Shown one piece after another: positions 28,700 through 40,960 of a stretch of DNA of 64,000 bases. A program made the position numbers and the translations under genes. Positions within the stretch are counted from its first letter, which is position 1; every line of letters starts with the position of its first letter. The notes beneath the pieces are model-generated. The model worked only from the letters and a program-made list of their open reading frames with translations, did no database searches and was not told the DNA's origin. Origin of the DNA: Octopus sinensis (Eukaryota); assembly GCF_006345805.1 (NCBI RefSeq), contig NC_043012.1, forward strand, positions 42,284,001-42,348,000, given 5' to 3'.

Positions 28700-31600
28700 C
28701 TAGCTCAAATATGTTTTTCGTTTAGTCTTGTCTCCCGGTTCATAGCCACTTATCTTTCCCCTAAAAATCTCATTTTCTCAGATTTTTCAAACCTACTTTC
28801 TTGCTCACACGATTAACAGAACCTCTTCCTAGTTTATGGTGCACCCGCCCTCCCACCCCTCCACACATGCCAGAAGTTCCTATTCTTTGCCATCCCGGGG
28901 TTGCTTCCCAGGAAGACTGCAAATGCTCTTTCACCATCCCAACCCCTAGTCTCGACCTATGTAAGGTAATGTTCATACAGTGCAAAATATGAAAGGCTAG
29001 TGTTATGCAGGTTGTACTGAAGGCTACTGTAATACTTGCACATGAATTCTGCCAAATGCGAGCTTTCTTTTCAGGTACATGAAGCTACTGTCCACCGTCC
29101 CAGGTTCTCTAGGGCCCATACCTCCCACACCGTCAGGGTTGGCACCCTCAACGTTGGCACACTGAAAGGTAGGTCTGGCGAGATAGTCGAGATGCTTGAA
29201 CGGAGATGTGTAGATATATGTTGCATGCAAGAAGTAAGGTGGAGAGGAGGATCTGCTAGGTTCCTCACAGGCAAGGAACGCAGGTACAAGATTTTCTGGG
29301 CAGGGAACACTGACGGGGTTGGTAGCGTGGGCATACTTATCGCCGAGAAATGGGTAGATAAAGTAATTGAGGTAATCAGAGTATGTGACAGAATACTTAA
29401 GATTAGATTAGTGCTTCATCATAGTTTAGCCTATGCTCCTCAGCATATCAGCCTATACTCCTCAGTCGGGGCTACCCGATGGACAGAAAGACCGATTCTA
29501 TGACACTCTACTGCAGACTACCTCGTTGACGAATGACAGAGACCTTCTCTTTGTGGCTGGTGACTTCAATGGTCACATTGGACGACATGCTGGGGGCTTC
29601 CATGGCGTACACGGAGGCTATGGCTATGGTTCCCGCAACGAGGAGGGAACCAGGCTGCTGGAGTTCTGCGATGCAAATAATCTTATGATTTGCAAAACTA
29701 ACTTCAGAAAACCTACCAGCCACCTAGTCACCTACCGATCGGGCCAACATACCAGCCAAATTGACTACATCCTTGCCAGGCAAAGGGAGAGATGGCTGCT
29801 TATAAATGCCAAAACCTTCCCAGGCGAAGAATGTACCCCACAACATAGACTGGTAGTTAGTGACTTTAGGATCAGGACTAGGAGGACAACCAGAAGACAA
29901 CCAACATGAAGAAGAAGGATCTGGAAGCTTAAAGATCCTGCGAATGGACAGAGATTTAGGGACATGCTATTTGAAGCCTTTGACGAAGTAGAAGGGGATA
30001 GAGTATCACATGGGGTAGAAGGCAACTGGACGTTTCTAAGGGACAACCTGCTGAGAGCCACTGACCAGATCTGTGGCTGGTGCAAAGTCCCCTCTCGTCC
30101 CAAGGTAACGTGGAGGTGGAACAGTGTTGTAGACAGGGCTATTAGAGAAAAGAGACAGACTTGAAAGCATTGAAAGAATGGTGGTAGCAGGGAATTGTAT
30201 CAGACTGCCAAAAAAGAAGCTAGGAGACAGGTCTATCTAGCCAGAGGGGAAGCAGATAAGAAAAAATTTGCCAATGTTCTGCGCCGTGATGACCAAAGAC
30301 TGGAGGTGTTTCGCGTTGCAAGACAGTGTATGAGAGAGAATTGTGATGTGGTAGGAGAGAAGTGTGTTCGCATGGAAGATGATTCACTTGCACTAAATGA
30401 GGATGCAAAGAGAGAGGTTTGGAGACGCCACTATGAAAGGTTGCTGAATAAAGAAAATGAATGGGATAAAGAGAGTCTGCCGAATGTTGACCCAACAGAA
30501 GGACCAGCTATCCGAGTTGACAGTTCCTTGGTAGTTAAGGCAATTTGAAGCATGAAGACAGGGAAAGCACCAGGCCCATCAGGAATCACTGCAGAGATGC
30601 TCAAAAAATCTGGTAGTGTCGGCTGTAGCCTAGTCACCTGTATAGTTAATCAGGTGATACACGAAGGAGTCATACCCAATGACTGGTGTAGCAGCATAAT
30701 AGTCAACTGCTACAAAGGTAAAGGTGACGCCCTAGATACAAATAATTACAGAGGTATCAAGCTGTTGGATCAGGTGATGAAGGTTACGGAGAGGATCATA
30801 GCCCAACTAATTAGAGAGAGTTAGTTTAGATGAGATGCAGTTTGGGTTCGTGCCAGGGAAAAGTACCACTGATGCTATATTCCTGGTAAGGCAGCTGCAG
30901 GAGAAATACCTAGCCAAAGATAAGCCCCTGTACCTAGCTTTTGTTGACATGGAGAAAGCCTTCGACAGGGTCCCCCGATCCCTTATCTGGTGGTCAATGA
31001 GGAAACTAGGGATAGATGAATGGTTAGTGAGAGCTGTGCGAGCCATGTACAGGGACGCTGCTAGTAAGGTGAGGGTTGGCAACGAGTACAGTGAAGAATT
31101 CCGGGTAGAGGTAGGGGTCCACCAAGACTCAGTCCTCAGCCCCCTCCTATTCATCATAGTCCTCCAGGCAATAACGGAGGAATTCAAGACAGGATGCCCT
31201 TGGGAGCTCCTCTATACTGATGACCTTGCTGAGTCACTATCAGAACTGGAGGAGAAGTTTCAGGTGTGGAAGCAAGGATTAGAATCGAAGAGCCTTAGAG
31301 TCAGTCTAGCTAAAACCAAAGTCCTAATAAGTAGGAAGGTAGACAAATCACAAACGCCTTCAGGTAGATGGCCCTGCTCGATCTGTAGAAAAGGTGTAGG
31401 TAGAAACTCTATAAGATGCACCAAGTGTAAGCTATGGACACATAAGAGGTGCAGCAATGTCAAAGGAAGGCTAACTAGGAAGATGGTTTTTGTATGTGGC
31501 AGATGCTCAGGAACAATAAACATTGAAAATGCTCTGAGACCAACTTCTGTCACTTTCCAGGGAGAAAAACTAGAAATAGTTGATAGCTTCTGTTACCTAG

Positions 31601-32543
31601 GTGACCAAGTCAGCAGCGGGGGTGGGTGTGCTGAAAGTGTAACTGCTAGAGTAAGAATAGCTTGGGCAAAGTTCAGAGAGCTCTTACCTCTGCTGGTGAC
31701 AAAAGGCCTCTCGCTCAGAGTAAAAGGCAGACTGTATGACGCGTGTGTACGAACAGCCATGCTACATGGCAGTGAAACATGGGCCGTGACTGCTGAGGAT
31801 ATGCGTAAGCTCGCAAGAAATGAAGCCAGTATGCTGATGGATGTGTAATGTCAGTATTCATACTCGACAGAGTGTAAGTACCTTGAGAGAAAAGCTGGAC
31901 CTAAGAAGCATCAGATGTGGTGTGCAAGAGAGACGTTTGCGCTGGTATGGGCATGTAGCGAGAATGGATGAAGATAGTTGCGTGAAAAAGTGCCACACCC
32001 TAGCGGTTGAGGGAACCTGTGGAAGAGGCAGACCCAGGAAAACCTGGGATGAGGTGGTGAAGCACGACCTTCGAACTTTAGGTCTCACTGAGGAAATGAC
32101 TAGAGACCTCTGGAAGTATGCTGTGCATGAGAAGACCCGGCAGGACAAGTGAGACCATAACCCGTGGCCTTCTACATGGGATGTAGCCAGCCCACTTATG
32201 CATACCTTCCCTTCTTGGGACACAAAACTCTACTTGTGAAGACCTGTTGAGGCAAGTGAGAATCAGAATCGAAATCGATCAATGGAAATTGCAGCTGAGT
32301 TACCAGTGCCGGTGGCACATAAAAAGCACCATCCGATCGTGGCTGTTTGCCAGACTCGTCTGGCACCTGTGCCGGTGGCACGTAAAAAGCACCCACTACA
32401 CTCATGGAGTGGTTGGCATCCAGCCGTAGAAACATTGCCAGATCAAACTGGGCCTGGTGCAGCCTTCTGGCTTCCCAGACCCCAGTTGAACCGTCCAACC
32501 CATGCTAGCACGGAAAGCGGACACTAAACGATGATGATGATGA

Positions 32544-32547
<4 letters not shown>
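28700..32547 (+). mobile_element. Near-full-length, inactivated RTE-clade LINE (APE endonuclease + RT + PHD-like finger)
   Basis: APE motifs TLNVGTL, MQEVRW, AGDFNGH, QIDYIL, QHRLV. RT motifs KAPGPSG, NYRGIKLL, QFGF, FVDMEKAFDRVPR, HQDSVLSPLLF, YTDD. Several stops and frameshifts; (GAT)n tail. 5' boundary approximate. Confidence 0.95.
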
Positions 32548-32612
<65 letters not shown>

Positions 32613-32618
32613 TATATA

Positions 32619-32824
32619 CAGGGTGTCCCAGAAGTCGAGCACCATTCTGGTTCTCATTTAAAATAAAGCATTTTATTTTATTATATTTTTTCGGCATGTT
32701 TTATTGTAGAGGGTGCTCAATTTGAGCTTTTGTTATGATTAATTTCAATAACGTGTTTTTGAAATCAGTAAGGGTGTATTCTTTTACAAAAACCAGGGTG
32801 GTGCACAACTTCTGGGACACCCTG
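32619..32824. mobile_element. Tc1/mariner-type MITE
   Basis: TIRs cagggtgtcccagaagt / acttctgggacaccctg, flanked by TA. Confidence 0.85.
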
Positions 32825-32973
32825 TATATATATATGTTCATATATATATATTCACACACATATATATATATTATATTATATTTTGTGAAATTTGATTTAG
32901 TATTTTTAAACTGAATTTTTCCCTGTAAGTTTGGAATAATATTCCCTCATATTATTATTATTATATATATATA

Positions 32974-33152
32974 CTTTATTTAAAAGCAGCAGAAATATAA
33001 CAAAAGCTGTTTCACGTTCACGTTCAACAAATGGGAACGTGAAACAGCTTTTGTTATATTTCTGCTGCTTTTAAATAAAGCATATTACTCTACTTCTAGT
33101 ATTTGAGTACTCTTTTTTCCACCTTGTTTCACATTTATGTGCTTACTTCGGT
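32974..33152. repeat. Fold-back repeat (46 bp perfect arms) with asymmetric tail; same family at 44621-44796
   Basis: 32974-33019 is the reverse complement of 33035-33080. The tail is homologous to the reverse complement of 44621-44691. Confidence 0.85.
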
Positions 33153-33715
33153 ATATACATACATTTAGAATTATAAATTTTGTTTTTTTATTTTCCTACA
33201 CATCTTCGTTACCTGCTCCCACTCTCTCTTTCATACCTACCTCTTCCTCTCTCCCTCCCTCACATATATTCCACTCTTTCTCACTCCTCTCTCGCTCCCT
33301 TTATCTCTCTTTACACCTACCTCTTTCCCTCTCTCTTCCATATCTTCCTCTTTTTCTCATCTTTCTCCCTCCCTTTCATATCTTCCTCCTTTTCTCACTT
33401 CTCCTTCCCTTTCTTTATCTCTCTCAACCTCTACTTCTCCTCCTCTTACCCCATCCTTTCCAACATATACTTCTCATTTTTCTCCTCTTCTCACTCCATT
33501 TATCCCTTTCCCTCACATCCTTCATCTTTTCCTAACTCTCCTTCACTCTATCTCTCATTCTCTTCCCCTCCACTCCCTCACTCTGTCCCTAACTCTTTTC
33601 CCCCTCTACCTCCCTCTGTCCTGCTAACACACCACCCCTCTCTCTTTCCTTATTCCATCCCTCTATCTCTCAGTTCCTCTCTATCCTCCACTCCCCCTCT
33701 GGGTTGAAAAACAAA

Positions 33716-36700
33716 GATGGCACCAAACTGGGAGAAGAAAGAATTGAATCTTCTGTTGCTAGCATGGATGATTGCTAGTGGCAATCTGCCAAACAACATC
33801 ATCACTGCTGCACTGAGAAACAATGGCTTTTTTAGAACCATTGATGAGACAGAGCAGAAGAAAAGTGAATTCATTTGATCCTATATGCTTATCAGACCAC
33901 ACATTGACACCCTGGGTGTCATAATGGAAAATGTGGCAAGGCTGATAACGATAGAGAAAAGGAGACACAACCCAGAAGTCTATTTGACCCAGTGGTTCCT
34001 CAAAAGAATGCATCCCCCACCCCTGTGAATGACCAGGCAGAAAAGGAGGGGGGAGCCAAGGAAGCAAAAACCAGAAGCTCCTCTGTGCCAGTGGTCCTAC
34101 AAAGGGAGCCCTCACCCCATTGGACAACCAGAGGAAAGAAATTCACACCATGAGTAAAGGAAGGACAGAACAAGAACACAAACATAAAGAAGGAAAAAGA
34201 GAAAAAGGAAAAGCCAAAACACCAACCCACCAAACAAAAAACAGAAAACCCCATGGAGGATCCAATACAATCCAAAACCCTAAAGAAGTGAAAAAATTTG
34301 GAGGGCACTCAAGTACCTACAAATGTTGGCATGGGGAAGATGGCAAAAACTGCCAGTTTGCTCACCCGAAACTACAGGGGCCTTAAGAAGAAAAACTTCC
34401 CTGAGAAAAGACAAAAATCATCCCTGAGGAAAAACTATAGAAAAGAAGTGCACTCTTCAAAGGTTATGCGCAAGGCAGCAGCTGAGCAAGAATCTTTTTT
34501 GTGCATGGCACAAAAGATTGTGCAGCAGCTGACCTGGCTACATCAAGCGCAAACAAGGAACCTTGCCTGCCACTGCGCAAGACCACCGCAGTCAACAGAC
34601 ACGGGATGGCCTCCCCTAATGCCTGCACAGTTGTCACCCCAATATATTTACTACATACTGAGGGCCCGTTACATCATAACAAATGCAAAATGTTTTTCCT
34701 GTATGCAATCAAGCCCTATGCATAGCACTCGTGGAAACTCACCTCAGCTCTGATATAGAGGATGCAGAAGTACACATACCAAAATATGCCATACTGCAAA
34801 CAGACAGAAGGGAAAGGAACCATGGTGGAGTTGCTGTATACATCTGTGATGACCTCACACCCCAGGTCTTACTGTCATACTCAAATTCGGTATGTGACAC
34901 TTTAATTGTATGCATAAGACAACATAATATAGTCAAATGCAATACATATTGCCCACTGGATGCTCCAAACCACATAGGCAAGTTTGAAGACTGCCTCACA
35001 AGAATTAAAGAAATCCTCATGAATCTGGAACACCACGTGACCATATTCCTTATGGGTGATTTCAACTTCCCCAGCGTCATATGACCCAAGGGACTCATGC
35101 CCTCAGGAACGACTCATTGCAAACAAGCACAGGTGGAGTCCCTGCTCAACCTCACCAATGCCCTATTCATGGAGCAAGCTGTACTCAGACCAACTAGGGC
35201 GAATTAATATTTTGGATCTCTGTTTCACGAACAATATGGACATCATTCATGATGTGAAAGTGACGCTGACATTAGTCTTGGATCACAACATAATAGAGCT
35301 ATCTATGTTTGGGCCAAAAGTAGCCAGAGACATACAGCCTAAAGGAAGCACCCGAAATCTCTCCAATCTGAACTTCCACAAAGCAGACTGGAAATCAATC
35401 CAAAAAGAGATTCGCAGACAAGACTGGCCGAAATGTCTCTCCACACCAAACCCTGACATGAAACTAAAATATTTCATGTCTTCTGTGCAAGCCATATGCC
35501 AGAAATATGTCCCAGAGCACAAGGCCAAAACAAATAGGAGCAAGATTCCCAGAGATAGGAAGATCCTCATGAGACGGCGGATGAAGGTTGCAAATCGACT
35601 CAACCAACATCCCAAAATAGCAAAAGGTCCTGCCTAAAAACAACACTGATAGAGATCGAAAAAAAGGCTGCAACAATCCTATGTAAGGGAGAAAGCAGGC
35701 AAAGAAGCCTGGGTTGTAAAAAACATTAAGTCAAACCCAAAGGCCTTCTTTCATTATGCAAAAGAAACAGCCTCAGTACGCTGCAAGATAGGACCCCTCC
35801 TTCAAAAGGATGGCTCCCTCACAGACAGTCCAAAGAAGATTAGTGAGGTACTGAACGACCAGTTCAAAAGTGTCTTTACCACCCCATTGGAACACAGACA
35901 AGTGAATGAACCAGTAGACTTCTTTGTCGCTTCACCTCTAACCAGCGAGGCAGTTATGATGGAATACATCGACATTAGCAAAGAAGATATACTACTAGAT
36001 GAGGTGGACACAAATTCGACTGCTGGTCCTGATGGTTTCCCAGCAATCCTCATCAAATCATGTAAGCATGCCCTGGTAAAACCCCTCCAGATTCTCTTCC
36101 AGAGCTTTTTTGCAAATGGCAGACTGCCAAGCAAGCTGAAGGAGGGAAAAATATGCCCAATCCATAAAGGGGGAAGCAGAGCAGATGCCCTCTCTGACTT
36201 CACACATCAGCAAAGTCATGGAACAGATAGACAGAGGGAAACTAATCGCATTCCTTGTAGAAAATAATTTGCTGAGTGATAACCCGCATGGCTTTCGACC
36301 AGGTAGGAGCTGCCTGACCCAGCTCTTACAACATTATGATGTAATATACCTTGATTTTGCAAAAGCTTTTGACAAAGTGGATCATGGTATGATATGCCAC
36401 AAACTGTGTGATCTCAGTATAGCTGGAAAACATAGAGAGTGGTTACATGACTTTCTGAAAGATAGGAGTCAGGCAGTAGTGGCTAATGGCACCACCTCAA
36501 TGAAAACACTAATAGTGAGCAGTGTTCCACAGGGCACTGTCTTGTGACCACCGCTTTTTATAGTGGCCCTCTCAGATATGCCCTCAACTGCCCAGATAGC
36601 CACCCTTGCCACACAGACAATACAAAAGTCTCACAGAAAATACAGAACCCCAGCAATGTTGCACATCTGCAGCAGGAGTTGGACTCAATTTACAGATGGG

Positions 36701-37530
36701 CTGAGGATAATAATATGCAGTTTAATGCTGAAAAATTCCAAGCCCTGCACCACCAGTGTCCAAAACTGAATATGAAACTTACAGGGTACACTGGTCCACA
36801 GGAAATTACAATCCCAGAGCCTAAGTCAGTGAGGGACCTGGGTATTTACATGAGTGATGATACCTCTTTCCAAGTGCACATTACCAGGATGGCGACAAAG
36901 TGCAGACGACTGGCTGGATGGATCCTAAGAACATTCAGAACCAGAGATAAGGAAACCATGATGGTCCTCTGGCAGACATTCGTCCTCAGCCACCTGGATT
37001 ACTGCTCACAGCTATGGTCACCCACCAGTGTGAAATTAACAGTGGACCTTGAAGCAATGCAGGGAAGATTCACAAAGAAGATTGTCTTTTTGCAACAGCT
37101 CAGCTACTGGGAAAGGTTGAAACAGCTAAGACTCTACTCCCTGGAGAGAAGACGGGAGACGTATGCAGTAATATATATCTGAAACATCCTGGAAGGAATT
37201 GTGCCAAATTTTGGCATTGAAAGCTACACCAATGCCAGAACGGGTCGACACTGCACAGTGCCAAAGATCCTGGCAATGCCATCTGCTTCAGGACCAGTTA
37301 CTGCAACAGCCTGGGTTTCAGGGGCCGACAGCTTTTTAATATTCTCCTAAAGAGCCTGAGAAGCTTATACGAAATGGATGTAGGTGTTTTTAAATCAAAG
37401 CTGGACCTCTTCCTGTCAAGAGTCCCAGATGAACCTACCTCACAGCAAGAGGTGCAAATGAGGGTAGCTACATCAAACTCCATTCTTCACCAAGTGCCAC
37501 ATATTAGAGGAGGGTCTCAGTAAAACAGTG
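33716..37530 (+). mobile_element. Decayed CR1-like LINE (ORF1 remnant + APE-RT ORF2)
   Basis: APE: ALVETHL, GGVAVYI, MGDFN, ILDLCF. RT: AGPDG, GFRPGRSCLTQL, YLDFAKAFDKVDH, VPQGTVL, RDLG, HLDYCSQLWSP, SLERRR. Many frameshifts. Cys/His-rich remnant at ~34300-34520. Confidence 0.9.
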
Positions 37531-38151
37531 TAGTAAAATAGCAGTGCCCCAAAGCACCCACTACACTCTCGGAGTGGTTGGCGTTAGGAAGGGCATCCAG
37601 CTGTAGAAACTGCCAGATCAAGACTGGGGCCTGGTGCAGCCATCTCGTTCACCAGCCCACAGTCAAACTGTCCAACCCATGCTAGCATGGAAAGCGGACG
37701 TTAAACGACGATGATGATGATATGTGTGTGTGTGTGTGTGTATTGATAGAAATGGTAAGACAACAAAAGAATGAAAGAGACCTCGATATTACATAAATAG
37801 AGGATTTTAGGGTTAGGGTTATATATATATATATATATATATATTTATAGTAAAATAAGGATTCAGACAGAATCAGGTACTTGAAGAGATATGCACCAGG
37901 TAGGTTGGGTTAAATCTGTGGTTCCGGCCTATGGTTAGTAAGTATCAATTAGGATATTCCAGTTGTGTACACAGAGAAAGCCAACCCAATGAGTATTTAG
38001 CCCCTAGGGGCTGGCCCAAAGCACGCTTTACATTGAATTATGCTTTGTTGGTAAACTCCGGGGTGTCCAGCAAGTCGTAAATACCATGATATTTATTATT
38101 CATTTGAGATATATATACATACACACCCACTGTATGTATATACACGCTATA

Positions 38152-38399
38152 TATTAAAAATGGGGCCGGCTGGTTTATGGGATTACCTTAGGTTTCCCGT
38201 CCATAAATCGTTTAGCTTTATGGCGTATCGTTAGATCCCAAAACACCTGTTGGCCCGTGACCTCTTAACTAATTAGATTTTTAAGAGGTTATGAGCTAAC
38301 CGGTTTTTTTGGTATCTGACTATACGCCATAAAGCTTAACCTTTTATGGACGGGAAAACCTAAGGTAATCCTATAAACCGACCTTCCCCATTTTTAATA
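38152..38399. repeat. ~250 bp imperfect palindrome (fold-back MITE-like)
   Basis: ~115 bp arms: tattaaaaatgggg...ggattaccttaggttt.cccgtccataaa...cctcttaa, mirrored after a short loop. Confidence 0.85.
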
Positions 38400-38416
38400 C
38401 ACATACACACACGCTA

Positions 38417-38455
<39 letters not shown>

Positions 38456-38628
38456 CACATATAGGCATCTGGCGTGTGTGCATGTTTGTATGTATAGTGT
38501 GTGTATATGTATGTATGTATACACGCGCGTGTATGCACACATACACACACAAACATACATACAGAATGTGTGAGTAGTGAGTGTGTATGTATACGAGTAG
38601 CATTGTTAATATTAAAATGTGTGTTTAC

Positions 38629-38677
38629 CTTGCATCTCTTCTGCGATGTGAACAAAACACTTCACTCCATCTTCCAT
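38629..38677 (-). CDS. BORCS8: Probable first coding exon of BORCS8 homolog (MEDGVKCFVHIAEEMQ + phase-1 G)
   Basis: Minus strand reads aaATGG in good Kozak context, then 16 codons + 1 nt, then donor AAG|gtaaac. Phase 1 joins in frame to the 8068 exon (G+GC=Gly). The link is inferred from phase only; this peptide has no homology I recognise. Confidence 0.5.
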
Positions 38678-39171
38678 TTAAAGGTAGCGAAGCCTCAGCA
38701 CATAGAGCTGTCTGAATAGACAAATAGCCAACTAGTTAGCCAGTCGGCTATTTGTCTACCCGACTAGGCATGTATATATGTATGTGTTGGTGTGAGAGAC
38801 GGAAAAGATGAAGAATGGAAAGTGGCGTCAGTTGATGTTGATGGACAAAAGAAAAAAAAAGGGAAAAGGAACCAAATTGATAGGGAATTGTGGTTTGATT
38901 TGATGATGGTCTTGAAATAGGTGTAACAGCAGTTGGAGGGAGGAGGAAAAAGATGAAGCGATCAATGAGATGTCTCTTGCTGGAGCGACTGATGAAGCGA
39001 TCAATGAGATTGTTGATACAATTTGATGACGGAGATTTTGAAGCCTCCCACCGCAACTAAAAGCACCTCCTCCTACTCCAGCGTTACGAATGCTGACGAA
39101 GGGAGATAATCTAGTGTGACTAACGAATTGTTAAATTTGTCGTTTATTATCCGTTTATTATCGTTTATTAT

Positions 39172-39567
39172 CTAGCAAGCAGTATTGCCCGGCGTTGCTC
39201 GAGTTTGTTTCGACCCTTTAGAATAGGAATTTTTGAAAAGCAAAAATTTTGCATTATGTAGCTTGTTATTCTCTTTAAGTGAACATTTTTCTGGTTGAAA
39301 TACACCGAAAAATGGTGACACAGCAGTCAAAAAATCGTAAAAAATAGGGATTTTCATAGAAAAAAAGCACCTTTTTGATGTAAATAATTTTTGGTGTTAA
39401 CATGGTCCGATTTGAATGTTTTCTTCTTCGGAAGGACGAGCAAACCTTCTTCTATCATATTTTCAATTTTGGTCAACTTGCGCCGCAGGGTCTCGGAGGA
39501 GATAGTGTTAGTTGAAGGCTACCAAACCTGCCATACACAGACAACTTCAGCTTTATATAGAGAGAGA
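39172..39567 (-). mobile_element. Non-autonomous Helitron related to the 14-18 kb family
   Basis: Minus-strand TC start. The 3' end ctcgagcaacgccgggcaatactgcttgCTAG matches the family terminus. Confidence 0.75.
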
Positions 39568-40060
39568 TTAAGTAATTTAGCTTTAAAATGCTAATTAAAC
39601 AAAAAAAGAGCAAAGAATTTCAAAGATTGACATTCAATTGTGGGGAAAGAGAAAGTGCGTGTATGTGCTTATGTGTGTGAGAGAGGGGGGGGGACTATAG
39701 CAGGGAGTTAATTTCTTTGTGTTGTTTAGCCCAGGGCCAATCCTGCTCGAGCTGAACAATAACAAAAAGCATTCCAGCCGTGGTAATCTCATTTTGTGTA
39801 TATCAGGAATACATTGTTTAATGTATTTATTTTTATATAAGATGCTAGGGTATGTTTTGAGAAATAGCAGCTATTTCTGACAGATTGGACACTCACACTG
39901 GAGTTGATTTATCATCGATAATTAGTCAACAGATGCAAAATTTCTAAGTCTACTGAATAAATTAGTCCAAAACATGTATCGAAGGGGAAATAAAATAATG
40001 GGGAAAAGGCAACAGAAAATAGGTGTATATACATAGAAATACAAAGCAACAATTATCTTC

Positions 40061-40960
40061 TCAAAATACAGCCCCTCTCAATGTCTCAAACGCCACAGGC
40101 TGGGAGAGATAGTTCACTGACAGGCCCCAATACTTCAGGATTTTGTTTTCTATAACTACGGAAGCAGTGACTCTCCCATTTACCGCAGCATCTAGGATGT
40201 GGGAGGGAGCAAAGGAGTCACAGACTGTAGCGTCCCAGATGAGGCACCTACCTCTTACCCAAGGACAGAGGATAACACCATCTAGTCTCTTCCTATCACT
40301 TCTGGATAATTCCACTGGCTGCAGAACTGAGATATTAACCCAAGCCAGGGCCTGCTTATTGATTAAGTTTAGCTTGGTTTGACAAGCAAAATGACCAGCA
40401 TCTAGGCAGTGAGACAGACCATGAAGACCCATAGAGTCAAGGAGCCTACCACAGTCACATCTCAGTCCCCTACGGCCACCAACCCTCAGTCTGAGTATGA
40501 TGGAGATGCTGAGCTCATCTAGACTGAGTAGACTTCCAATGTTGACCCCAGACAGAGTATCAATCCAGTTACCCAAGAATTTTGCACTAACAGAAATCAG
40601 GTGACACCTTGAAATTGATCAAATTGTTCAAGGAGTGAGTTGGAAGTGGTACCTGCATGCAGACTGTCCCATACTCTCTGCTTCTATCTAACCTCAACTG
40701 TAACAGGAACTGACAAACCCAGCTCTCTCCACTTTAACAGAGCTTCATCCATCTCCCTATTGGAACTAGTCAATTTTGGAGAGGAGTGAATGTTGCCTAC
40801 CAAAAGAGAGCAATAGAGATGAACACTTGAGCAGACCTAGACCCCCCAAACCATTTGGGCAAAGCAACCTGGTGGCAGGACTCTGGAGAGAGTCTGATAT
40901 TGACCAAGCATTTGATTTTCCAGAAAATTAGGTTGTCAAAGCATTGCAGAGATGTAGTCC
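40061..40960 (-). mobile_element. Decayed RLE-type (CRE-like) non-LTR retrotransposon 3' part
   Basis: CDCG...GLHGLSHC zinc-knuckle remnant, RSDRKRLDG...PW..G..LIWDATV restriction-like endonuclease motif, and an upstream LPxxxGGLG remnant near 40840-40865. Confidence 0.78.

Noticed and set aside
29036-32152. Active LINE
   Set aside because: Multiple stops and frameshifts, and YADD changed to YTDD; this copy is inactive unless these are sequencing errors.
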